Shown piece after piece: positions 51,361-62,814 of a stretch of DNA of 64,000 nt. The stretch comes from Octopus sinensis (Eukaryota), in assembly GCF_006345805.1 (NCBI RefSeq), contig NC_043019.1, forward strand, positions 20,459,360 to 20,523,359, read 5' to 3'. Position 1 is the first letter of the stretch. The number at the start of each line of letters is the position of its first letter. Both the position numbers and the translations under genes were made by a program. The notes below the pieces were generated by a model, which was not told the origin of the DNA, ran no database searches, and worked only from the letters and a program-made list of their open reading frames with translations.

Positions 51361-51643
51361 ATAATAATGATAATAATAATATATACGTATTTATTATTTT
51401 GTACATTACTTAATCATCGTTATATTTTTTATCTTATAGTTAATCTTTCTATTATATGTAATTTTCTAGATGGTGTAATTTAATTTTTCATTATTGAATT
51501 GATAAAAGGTGTTTTTTTTCTAATTTATATATATATATATGTATAAACGGGAAAGTTTATGAAAATAAACAAAAGACGAAGGCAGGTGGAGTACAAACAA
51601 ACAAATGTATTAGTATGGCGCTCAGGAATAGAAATAGAAAAAG

Positions 51644-51681
51644 TCTTTTACGTTTCGAGCCTACGCTCTTCGACAGAAAGA
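51644..51681 (-). ncRNA. Minimal type-I hammerhead-like motif (CUGUCGA core, ACGU palindrome)
   Basis: TCTTT-CTGTCGA-A-GAG-CGTAGG-CTC-GAAA-C-GTA-AAAGA. Confidence 0.55.
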
Positions 51682-51999
51682 TACACAGAAAAAAACAAGG
51701 AGAGAAAAATATATATATGGTCTTGGTGGGGTATAAAAATAAGGTATTTCCAATGCAGCACTCAACCTGAGTTCTGGGTTGTTGACACTGACAAATTCCA
51801 GACTAATACCAAAATTCTTCAGGTGTAGAAAATATTCGTTTCATAATGGTAAAACCATTTTGTAGGTTTAGTGAAAAGTAAAATATAACCCAAATAAGAC
51901 AAAGAAATACTTTAACACATTTTTAATGATCAAATTTTTTTCTGTACCAACTCTATTTTCAACAGTCTTCAAAGCAGAGCTGGTACAGAAACAATTGTA

Positions 52000-52228
52000 A
52001 GGCGGCGAGCTGGCAGAAATGTTAGCACGCCGTGCGAAATGCTTATCAGTATTTCGTCTGCCGCTACATTCTGAGTTCAAATTCCACCGAGGTCGACTTG
52101 GCCTTTCATCCTTTCGGAGTCAATTAAATAAGTACCAGTTACGCACTGGGGGTCGATGTAATCGACTTAATCCGTTTGTCTGTCCTTGTTTGTCCCCTCT
52201 GTGTGTTTAGCCCCTTGTGGGCAGTAAA
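52000..52228 (+). mobile_element. Meta-type SINE monomer, full length
   Basis: Head, Meta-like domain and tail are all present. Confidence 0.88.
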
Positions 52229-52289
52229 GAATTAAGAAACTGATCATTAAAGATGTTTTCAAAGTATTTCTTTGTCTTATTATCTGGAT

Positions 52290-52320
<31 letters not shown>

Positions 52321-52774
52321 GTATTCTGTTCACAGTTACATAGTTAAGTGGTTAAAAGCACTTTACATAACCATACATTCCAAAGAATCCTTCTGTTTGA
52401 ATTGGAAAAGATGAAGAAGATAGTACTGATAATTCCCTTTTCCTTTAATGCCTGGAGAGTCTAAAATGTACTGATAAAAGAAAAATAAATAAGAAGAAAT
52501 TTAATATGATGGAAGAAATGTTGAAGTGATGAATGCCTAAAGTGTGTTGGTATTTTCTGGCAGCCTGACATAGAAACAGCATTGAAACTATGTTTGGTAT
52601 CCGCATATGCACACAGAAATTCTTCCTCTCTGTCTCTTGTGTTCTACAGATTTTTTTGTTGCATAAGGGATGTAACTGATGCCACTGAAGTAATGAATGA
52701 AATTGCTAGCAATTCCAAAGTTCACCATGGTTTCCAAGAATATTTGCAAAATTTACCAAGTTGTTCCTGGAACA

Positions 52775-53165
52775 TCATCATCATCGTCATCATCGTTTAA
52801 CGCCCGCTTTCCATGCTAGCATGGGTTGGACAATTTTGACTGTGGGCTGGTGAACCAGATGGCTGTGCCAGGCTCCAATCTTGATCTGGCAGAGTTTCTA
52901 CAGCTGGATGCCCTTCCTAACGCCAACTACTCCGAGAGTGTAGTGGGTACTTTTTACGTGCCACCGGCACGGGGCCAGTCAGGCGGTACTGGCAATGACC
53001 TCGCTCGAATCTTTTTACACGTGCCAGTGAAGCGACGTTGATAACGAGCACGCTCAAATGGTGCCTTTTTACGTGCCACGGGTACGGAAGCCAGGTGGCT
53101 GCTCTGGCAATGATCACGCTTGGATGGTGCTCTTGGCACCCTACTAGCACAGGCGCAAGTGCCAA
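52775..53165 (-). mobile_element. RTE 3' UTR fragment
   Basis: Family A homology. Confidence 0.8.
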
Positions 53166-53634
53166 ACTATATGCATGCTGCTTGTCTGTCTGTGTTAATT
53201 TCTTTGGCCAGTAAATCAACAAGCTCTATATGGCCATTCATTTAGTTGTTAGTGTTGTGACTGCCGTTGGGTTAACTCTGGGGTTAACTTTGACAGAAGA
53301 AACCTAGGATTAAACACATTCCAACGGTGACCATCCTGTCTCTTCATTTTTTAAAGTGTTTTTTGTAGGGTATCACCATTACCATCATTGTGACCACAGC
53401 CATCATCATCATCATTGTTTTAATGTTCACTTTTCCATACTTGAGATGGAAGTTAATTACTGTTTCTATATATTATATATGTAAAGCATATGTTATACAT
53501 GTATGTATATTGTTATAATTGTCCTTTTAGTAAATAAATAAATGTTTGTCCAACCCATGCTAGCATGAAAATCGGACGGTAAACAATGATGATGATGATG
53601 ACATAATATAATGTTTAAAAGTTGATGAATATGT

Positions 53635-54265
53635 TTGCACATCATAAGCCAGGGTATCCCTAACCCATCCTTTAGCAGTTCCTGGCAGCAGACGGAGCGC
53701 CTTACAAGTGGCTTTCCTCCCTTCCACAATAATTGGAAAAGGAGGCGCTCCAACTTGTTTAGCCACGAGTTGGGGCAAGGGACAATGGTTAGGTGGTGGA
53801 TGATTACAGATGTGATAAACACCTGTACCATCCCCGCCCTTTCAGGGATAGAGCCCGTCTGGACCAAGTCTGAACTAGAGCTTCCACTTTGTCTGCCACC
53901 TCGCTCCAATTCTTCTCTGTTTGGGAGTCCAGTCCAAACCAAACTCCAAGCAACTTAACAAGACCATCTGTCCATTGACCCTCTACACTGGACGATACCG
54001 GCTTGCTCCTCCAAGTGCCGAGGCACAAGCCGATGGACTTGTCCTTGTTTGTTCCTGACACCACCTCATATCCTTTGATAGCATCCTCTACACAAGGTAG
54101 CTGGGCCTCATTGGACATGATGATGGTGACATCATCTGCATAAGCAGAGACCGACTTACCACATCCGATTTCATTGGGGGTGCATCCCAAATTCTCCAAC
54201 TTCCTCAGTAAAGGCTCAAGAGCCAAAAAGTACAGAAGCGGAGACAGGGAACTGGGAAGTTTTCT
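53635..54265 (-). mobile_element. Tx1/L1-clade reverse transcriptase remnant
   Basis: LSPLLYFLALEPLLRKL...SAYADDVT...KLLGVWFG...WSRRALSLKGR...LLWKG..PLVRRSVC...GLG. Confidence 0.85.
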
Positions 54266-54369
54266 ATTAAAAAAATAATAACCGATGGTAGTCAATTTGT
54301 TGTTGATCATGAATTTCTCCATTTTGTGCTAAATTATATATATAACATATATAAAAAAAAATCAAACCA

Positions 54370-54737
54370 AATCAAAATAGATGAACATCAATGGAATTTG
54401 TATCTTTGTGGTACCAGTGCCGGTGGCACATAAGAAAACCATCCGAACGTGGCCGTAGCCAGTACCGCATCGACTGGCCTCCGTGCTGTGGGCACGTAAC
54501 AAACACCATCCGATCGTGGCCGTTCGCCAGCCTTGTCTGGCACCTGTGTCGGTGGCACATAAAATCACCCACTACACTCTCGGAGTGATTGGCGTTAGGA
54601 AGGGCATCCAGCTATAGAAACACTGCCAGATCTGACTGGCCTGGTGCAGCCTTCGGGCTCCCCAGACCCCAGTTGAACCGTCCAACCCATGCTAGCATGG
54701 AAAGCGGACGTTAAACGATGATGATGATGATGATGAT
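54370..54737 (+). mobile_element. RTE 3' UTR fragment
   Basis: Family A homology and (GAT)n tail. Confidence 0.85.
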
Positions 54738-55409
54738 ATGTATATATAGTGTTTACATAATCATTATCCTAATTCTGCGTTCTTGTAAAGAACATATGTA
54801 GAAGCTATAGTTTTCGTGTAATAGGAGTTGAGGAGGTAATTAGGCATGTGTTTGGAATATAAATTGGCATAAAATTTTGGTGGATGGTTTTAATTTAGAT
54901 CACTTGAAAACAGGAAGCTTGTATCATAGAACTAGGTGTGCTCTTAGGCAGATTGCTACCAAAAGAGGTAACACAGGCAGTTTTCTGTCATAGAAGTAGA
55001 AATTCGCCATTGAGAATTCATGGAAGAAGTTTCGTGGGAATATGTGGATTTCACAAGGGGTCCCCAACAATCCCGCATGTAGAGACATCCTATTTGCTGC
55101 AGATTGTCTGCAGACGCAGGGAGAGAACAATCAAGGAGCTGCCAGTTGCCAAAACAGACACTCCAAGGATTTTTCACCAGAGCCCTGTCTGCCGAGTTGT
55201 GGCCCTGATACCACTCGGTGCCAGACCAATCTGCCTTGGGTGGCCCTACCAGGAACCGAAGTTCCTGACGGCATAGCTCTGACACTACCCATTGCCAGCA
55301 TCCCCACCACAGTGAGGAGGGGATTGACTTTGGGGACGCAGCTCTGACACTACCCATTGCCAGCGTCCCCACCACGGTGAGGAGGGGATGGACTTTGGAA
55401 CCTGCGCCG

Positions 55410-55550
55410 ATGGAACCGTGACTAGCTCACTATCTCCAGTGAACTGGCGCAAGACCGTCGTGCCTGGGCTACCATGGTTCGAGATACCTTGAGGGTGGTA
55501 GAAGAAGCCAACTCAACCCGCCCAGAGTGAATGTCGCCACAAGTACAAGT
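55410..55550 (+). mobile_element. 3' end of a third RTE family with CAAGTA-type tail
   Basis: ELAQDRRAWATMVRD...ANSTRPE*, followed by CCACAAGTACAAGTA. Confidence 0.65.
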
Positions 55551-56119
55551 ATAGAAGTAGAAATAGTGGAATAAAGAAATAATCCCTCACTTGAAAAAAC
55601 AAGAGTTGGTGACAGGAAGAGCATCCAGTCATAGCATTGCTTTCTATAATAACTTAATCATCCAAAATATGCTGGCATAAAAATAAAACCTAGATGTTCA
55701 ATGAACAAACTCTTTAAAACAGGTGGTTTTCTATTAGAAAAATCTGAGGCAGTTTTAGACAGACTGTCATCAAAAGAGTTAATATTGAATTAATTTTAGT
55801 GCTATAAATAGAAATTTAATATGCAAATTAACGGCAACTAATCATCTAACCACCAAATTTTATCGTTATTTTATTCTTCTCTACTTTGTTTTCTCTTTTC
55901 CTTCCTTCCTCCTCCCTCCCTCTTAGTTACCAAAATAGAACAGCAGAATGCCAATAATCTTATTCTAAGGTAATCCTCTGGAGATTAACTGAACTGGAAT
56001 ATATTTTCTATTCCAGTTAGGTAAATTGTACGATGTTGTCATTTTCATTACAGCCTCATTACAGCCCGATCCAAATATCCTCTACTCCAGCATTTCCCAA
56101 CTATAGTTTCCTGGAACAT

Positions 56120-57460
56120 GTGAAGGCACATGGCTTAGTGGTCAGGGTATTTGGCTTGCGAGTCCAAGCTCAATTCCCAGTGGCCCGTCGTGTCATTGTG
56201 CACGGCACTTTATTTCACATTGCTCCAGTTGTTGTTTTGTTTTGTTCCTTCTCACGCCATGCCTGGCTCATAAGGGCCGGTTTCCCGGTTTCTTGGCGTA
56301 TAAGTCTCTCTCAAATCATAAAATCCTACCATATTAAAAAAGTGCACGCTTTTAGTTAAATATCTGTAGAGAGAAAGAAATAGATTAGAGGAAGAACTAG
56401 TTAGCAAACTAGAAGAGGCTATTAGCAACGGCATCATGTTCCTTCTCTCGAGCCAGGACTGGCTCATAAGGGCCGGTTTCCCGGTTTCCTTGGCGTATAA
56501 GTTCCCCACCTGGATGGGACGCCAGTCCGTCGCAGGTGAGCTGCAAGATGCAGGAGGAAAGAGTGAGAGAAAGTTGTGGCAAAAGAGTCAGCAGAAGTTT
56601 CGCCATACCTTCTGCCGGAGCCGCGTGGAGCTTAAGTGTTTTGCTCATAAACACACACATCGCCCGGTCTGAGATTCGAACCCATGATCCCAGTTGTTGT
56701 TTTGTTTTGTTCCTTCTCGAGCCATGCCTGGCACTAAGGGCCGGTTTCCCGGTTTCTTGGTGTGTAAGTTCCCCACCTGGATGGGACACCGGTCCGTCGC
56801 AGGTGAGCTGCAAGATGTAGGAGGAAAGAGTGAGAGAAAGTTGTGGTGAAAGAGTCAGCAGAAGTTCGCCATTATCTTCTGCCGGAGCCGCATGGAGCTT
56901 AGGTGTTTCACTCATAAACACACACATCGCCTGGTCTGATATTCGAACCCGCGATCCCTCGACTGCAAGTCTGCTGCTCTAACCACTAGGCCATGTGCCT
57001 CCACACATTGCTCCAGTCCAATCAGCTGGCAAAAATGAGTGGTATCTGTAAATCAAAGAGCTAGCCTTGTCACAGTCTGTGTCAATCTGAATCTCCCTAA
57101 GAACTATATTAACCCTTTAGCATTTAAACCGTCCATATCCGGCCAAAAGTATTCTGCCTGTTTTATGGTCAAACTGGCCAGATCTGGTCTCTCACACCAA
57201 CCCTACAATATCGTTTTAAAAATTAACAGCCACCTCATCAAAATCTCATAGCTACAAGATAATGCAGGATTAGCTCAAAACAATTTGGATAAAAAAGCAT
57301 TAATTTTGGCAGAATGATGTAAACACTAAAGGGTTAAGGCTATGTACATCTATGGACTGCTCAGTATTTGCATGTTAATATCACGAGTAGGCTGTTCCAT
57401 TGATTGGATCAACTGGAACACACATCATTGTTACCAATAGAGTGCCAGTTTTCCTGGAAC
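56120..57460. mobile_element. SINE E/D (+) interrupted by a TSD-bounded stack of minus-strand SINE F units (56230-57003) and by a piggyBac MITE
   Basis: 14-bp TSD CACATTGCTCCAGT at 56216-56229 and 57004-57017. Confidence 0.8.
57113..57333. mobile_element. piggyBac-type MITE family H, 221 bp
   Basis: TTAA-CCCTTTAG...CTAAAGGG-TTAA. Confidence 0.9.
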
Positions 57461-57584
57461 CTTTTGGTCCTGCAAAGAGTCCTGGTTGCTCTGTGAGAAA
57501 TAATGATAAAACTCACTAATTATTTGCAGCTGCATTGCAGAGTAATTTTTACATTCAATTTTGTATTTGTAAATTTTAATATAA

Positions 57585-57902
57585 CTAGCAGTATCGCCCG
57601 GCGTTGCTCAGGTTTGTTTCGACCCTTTAGAATTGGAATTTTTGTAAAGTAAAACTTTTGCATTATGTAGCTTGTTTTTCTCTTTGAGTGAACATTTTTC
57701 TGGTTGAAATACACCGTAAAATGGCGACACAGCAATCAAAAAATTGTAAAAAAATAGGGATTTTCATAGAAAAAAAGCACCTTTTGATGTAAATAATTTT
57801 TGGTGTTAACGTGGTGCGATTTTAATTTTTTCTTCTACGGAAGGAAGAGCAAGCCTTCTTCTATCATACTCTCAATTTTGGTCAACTTGCACCGCAGGGT
57901 CT
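57585..57902 (-). mobile_element. Non-autonomous Helitron, 5' truncated, same family as 33501-33890
   Basis: Hairpin+CTAG end and internal similarity. Confidence 0.85.
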
Positions 57903-58039
57903 GGTGATGGGAAAAGAAGGAAAATTTTGATATTCTTAAAGTGGAAACCCAATCTAAATACTTGCCACAGTGTAGACTCGCTGAAGGTATCTGAGAGCCA
58001 AATGATGGTGGTGACGTAAAAATGGTCAATGGGTTACAT

Positions 58040-58205
58040 CTACCATCCAAAAATATGGACAGCCCCATTTCATTCCTCATAGACAACCCCAGGTCAATTC
58101 CACATCTACAGATCCAGTCTATTCCACATGTATAACCCCAGCCCATTCCACATGGACAGCCCCAATCCATTCTACATGTACAAACCCAGTCCATTCGACA
58201 AGTTC
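58040..58205. repeat. Degenerate 24-bp tandem repeat
   Basis: Units resembling CAGCCCCAGTCCATTCCACATGTA. Confidence 0.7.
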
Positions 58206-58704
58206 CCTCACAATAGTTTCTATCAACTCAAGGTGCTGCATAGGAGAATTGAACCTGGACTCAATTCAATTGTGAAGTGAACTTCTTAACCAAGACACCC
58301 TTGACTGTATATCCATGTGTATTAATTATATGCCAAGCATAAACACCTGTCCTGGCTGCTGCCTCCTGGAATCAATTGTCACTGGGTATCAGACACACCT
58401 TTACTTTGCTGACCCAATTATGTCATTACCTGTACAGAAACTACATCATACGATTCTGAACAGTTTAGTGGTTAGCTGGCGGGGCCAGGTGAGGGCGGGG
58501 ACAGAAAAAGAAAAAAAAGACTTTCACATTTAAATTTCTCTGTTGGAAGATGGATTGGCTGATGATGATGATGACAGTGATGATTTTTTGCACATTTGTA
58601 TAATACTAATATTATAAATAGTTAACAGCTGAATACTATTATTTATTGCTTAATTACTCACTCAGTCATTAATTCTTCATCATCATGAGCAGCATCACTA
58701 GCAC

Positions 58705-59855
58705 TTACTCTTTACTCTTTCACTTTTTTCAGTCATTTGACTGCGACCATGCTGGAGCACCGCCTTTTTAATCGAGCAAATCGACCCCGGGACTTATTCT
58801 TTGTAAGGCCAGTACTTATTCTATCGGTCTCTTTTGCCGAACCGCTAAGTGACGGGGACATAAACACACCAGCATCGGTTGTCAAGCAATGCTAGGGGGA
58901 CAAACACACATACATATATATATATATATATACGACAGGCTTCTTTCAGTTTCCATCTACCAAATCCACTCACAAGGCATTGGTCGGCCCGGGGCTATAG
59001 CAGAAGACACTTGCCCAAGACACCACGCAGTGGGACTGAACCCGGAACCATGTGGCTGGTTAGCAATCTACTTACCACACAGCCACTCCTGCTGTCATCA
59101 TGATTATTGTCATCATCCATCATCATCATCATCAACACTATCATCTCCATCATTGCTTTACATCTGATATTTTCCCCCCATTAAACTGAAGATTAAAGTG
59201 AAAATAATAAAATGGTTAATATGTCTTTACCGAATAGAACAGCATACTGATTTCAGGCTAACATGGGAGGAGTCACTCAACTTGCTAGACATAGCAGCAA
59301 AACTCCTTCAAGTTCCGCCCTCTCATCTTAACTCTTTCAAAATTATTTCTTTTAAATCGTTCCTATATACATATGGCGCAGACATGGATGTGTGGTAAGA
59401 AGCTTGCCAACAAAAGCCTTGTGAGTGGATTAGGTAGATGGAAACTGAAAGAAGCCTGTTGCATATATCTTTACCCTTTTTACTCTTTTACTTATTTCAG
59501 TCATTTGACTGTGGCCATGCTGGAGCACCGCCTTTAGTCGAGCAACTTGACCCCAGGACTTATTCTTTGTAAGCCTAGTACTTATTCTATCGGTCTCTTT
59601 TGCCGAACCGCTAAGTAACGGGGACGTAAATACACCAGCATCGGTCAAGCGATGTTGGGTGGGGGGACAAACATACACACACACACATATATACGATGGG
59701 CTTCTTTCAGTTTCCATCTACCAAATCCACTCACAAGGCTTTGGTCGGCCCGAGGCTATAGTAGAAGACACTTGCCCAAGGTGCCAGGCAGTGGGACTGA
59801 ACCCAGAACCATGTGGTTGGCAAGCAAGCTACTTACCACACAGCCACTCCTGCGC
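58705..59855 (-). mobile_element. Two SINE B copies (58705-59090, 59470-59855) plus a short + strand piece at ~59372-59460
   Basis: Family B homology. Confidence 0.8.
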
Positions 59856-60424
59856 CTATATATCCTCATTTAATGTCTATCTTCCATGCTGATATGGTTT
59901 GGATAGTTTGACAGGAGCAAGTAAGCCACAGAACTGCACCAAGCTCCACTGCTTCCTTCGACATGTTTTTTTACTGTTGGATGCCCTTCCTAACGCCAAC
60001 CACTTTACAGAGCGGAGTGGGTGCTTTTTACATGGCACCAGCACCATGTGACACTAGCATATATATATGTGTGTGTATTTGTGCTTGTCCTTTACCACTG
60101 CTTGGCAACTGGTGTTGGATAAGTACCAGGTTAAAAAGCAAAGGAAAAAAAAAGTACTGGCGTCAATTTGTTCGACTAAAACCATTCATGGTGGTGCCCC
60201 AGCATAGCCACACTCCAGTGTTTGAAAAAAGTAAAAGATAAACAAAAATACAGTCAAAACCTTCCATTGTAATTTTATGGTGGTGGTGGCGGTGACGACA
60301 GTTCTGCTGCTTCTAGTTTATCTAGAAGTTTACCACTGTTGATTAGACAAATATTTATGTCTTTGTTTCTTAACAAACTGGTCCAGGAACTTTTAATACC
60401 AGCTCATATTGTTAAAAAATTTTC

Positions 60425-60735
60425 TTTTTTTCTGTTTTCAGTAAAGTGACTTCTTATTCGGACAATATCTATATCTGTTTTTTTTGCTTTGTTTTCAGTA
60501 AAATGACTTGTAAAGCCTTTTTTCTGTTTTTAGTAATGTGACTTCTATATCTTATTTTTTGCTTTGTTTTCAGTAAAACGACTTGTAAAGCTTTTTTTCT
60601 GTTTTTAGTAATATGACTTCTATATCTGTTTTTCCCCCCTTGTTTTCAGTAAAGTGGCTTTCTGCATTCTCTTTTTTTATTTAACAGTTTCTGTATCTGT
60701 TTTTTTTCTTTCTGTTTTCAGTAAAATGACTTGTA
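60425..60735. repeat. Degenerate ~35-40-bp tandem array (Yn-CAG/TAG-TAA..TGACTT)
   Basis: About 7 units, alternating variants. Confidence 0.75.
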
Positions 60736-61257
60736 AATCGACCAAGAAAAAGGAGAAGCCAACCAAATTCACGTAAGAATTCCCATGTGGTTTTTTTCTT
60801 TACATATAGGCATAAGCATGGTAAGAAGCGTGCTTCCCAACAACATGGTACCAGGTTCAGTCCCACTGCATGACACCTTGGGCAAGTGTCTTTTATTATA
60901 GTCTCATGCCAACTAAAGCCTTGTGAATGAATTTAGTTGACAGAAACTGAAAGAAGCCCGTCGTGTGTGTGTCATTGTGTCTGTCTGCACCTCACCACCA
61001 CTTAACAACCGGTGTTAGTTTATTTGTGTCCCCATAACTTAGCGGTTCCGTAAAGAGAGTCCAATGGAATAAGAATCAAGTTTTAAAAAAATGTAAGTAT
61101 TAGAATCAATTCATTTGACTAAAGGTTCATTGAGGCAGTATCCCTAACTGGACTGAGACTGATGAAAGATAAAAGTCCTTTCTACCTTAACAAACTGAGT
61201 TCCAAGATTTGTGTAGACTAGTACCTAAAGGGGTTGGCTATATTGGCTGTTTATAGG

Positions 61258-61855
61258 GTGGCGAGCTGGCAGAACCATTAGCATGCCGGGCGAAATGCTT
61301 AGCGGTATTTCGTCTGTTGCTATATTTTGACTTCAAATTCCGCCGAGGTCGACTTTGCCTTTCATCCTTTCGGGGTCGATAAATAAAGTACTAGTTTCGC
61401 ACTGGGGTCAATGTAATCGACTTAATCCCTTTGTCTGTCCTTGTTTTTCCCCTCTGTGTTTAGCCCCTTGTGGGTAATAAAGAAATAGGTATTTCATCTG
61501 TCGTTTCGTTCTGAGTTCAAATTCTGCCGAGGTCAACTTTGCCTTTCATCCTTTAAGGGTCGATAAATAAAGTACTAGTTTTGCACTGGGGTCAATGTAA
61601 TCGATTTAATCCCTTTGTCTCTCCTTGTTTGTCCCCTCTGTGTTTAGCCCCTTGTGAGTAATAAAGAAATAGGTATTACATCTGTCGTTACGTTCTGAGT
61701 TCAAATTCCACCAAGGCCAACTTTGCCTTTCATCCTTTAAGGGTCGATAAATAAAGTACCAGTTTCGCATTGGGGTTGATGTAATCGACTTAATCCCTTT
61801 GTCTGTCCTTGTTTGTCCCCCTCTGTGTGTAGCCCCTTGTGGGCAGTAAAGAAAT
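61258..61855 (+). mobile_element. Meta-type SINE trimer
   Basis: One head and three bodies with junctions AAAGAAATA|GGTATT. Confidence 0.88.
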
Positions 61856-62072
61856 ACATATTGGCTGTTTATATTACTTGATACTGTTTGTTGTGGTGAG
61901 TTTTAATCTTTGTTATCAGGGATTATTGTTGTTTGAGAATTAAGTGGGGGTGAGCAGCTGGCAAACCTCTCATTTGTGTATGTGTGTATGTTTGTGCCTT
62001 TTATCTTTTCCTTTTACTTGTTTCAGTCATTAGACTGTGGCCATACAGGGGCAACAACTTGAAGAACTTTAA

Positions 62073-62704
62073 CCCTTTAGTGTTCAGATTACTCTGTTAA
62101 ATGTAATACTTCTTCACTCAAATTGTTTTGAATTAATCATGCATTATCTTATAGCTTTGATGTTTCAATGATGCTCTTTTACTCTTTACTCTTTTACTTG
62201 TTTCAGTCATTTGACTGCGGCCATGCTGGAGCACCACCTTTAATTGAGCAAATCGACCCCGGGACTTATTCTTTTTTTTTTTGTAAGCCCAGTACTTATT
62301 CTGTCGGTCTCTTTTACCAAACCGCTAAGTAACGGGGACATAAACACACCAGCATCGGTTGTCAAGCAATGATAGGGGGACAAACACACTCACACAAACA
62401 CACACATGCATATATATATATACATATATACGACGGGCTTCTTTCAGTTTCCGTCTACCAAATCCACTCACAAGGCTTTGGTCAGCCCGAGGCTATAGTA
62501 GAAGACACTTGCCCAAGGTGCCACGCAGTGGTACCGAACCCGAAACCATGTGGTTGGTAAACAAGCTACTTACCACACAGCCACTCGATTGTTTATTTTT
62601 AGAATGTCAGTGTAGGTTAGGTGTGAGAGGCCAGATATGGCCAGTTTGAATGTAAAACATGTAGAATATTTGGGCCGGATATAGCCGGTTTAAACACTAA
62701 AGGG
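62073..62704. mobile_element. piggyBac MITE H interrupted by SINE B (-, 62175-62586), itself inside an older SINE B
   Basis: TTAA-CCCTTTAG at 62069 and CTAAAGGG at ~62704. Confidence 0.7.
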
Positions 62705-62814
62705 TCTGAATGAATTGACACCAGTACTTATTTTATGAACATAATCATAAACACACACACATACAAACTCATACAAAACACACGGAGATACATGTTCACA
62801 TACCTACAGATACA

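Noticed and set aside
56689-56695. Rolling-circle or circular-RNA origin of the SINE F dimer
   Set aside because: The junction contains CCAGT from the target-site duplication, which favours a DNA-level duplication.
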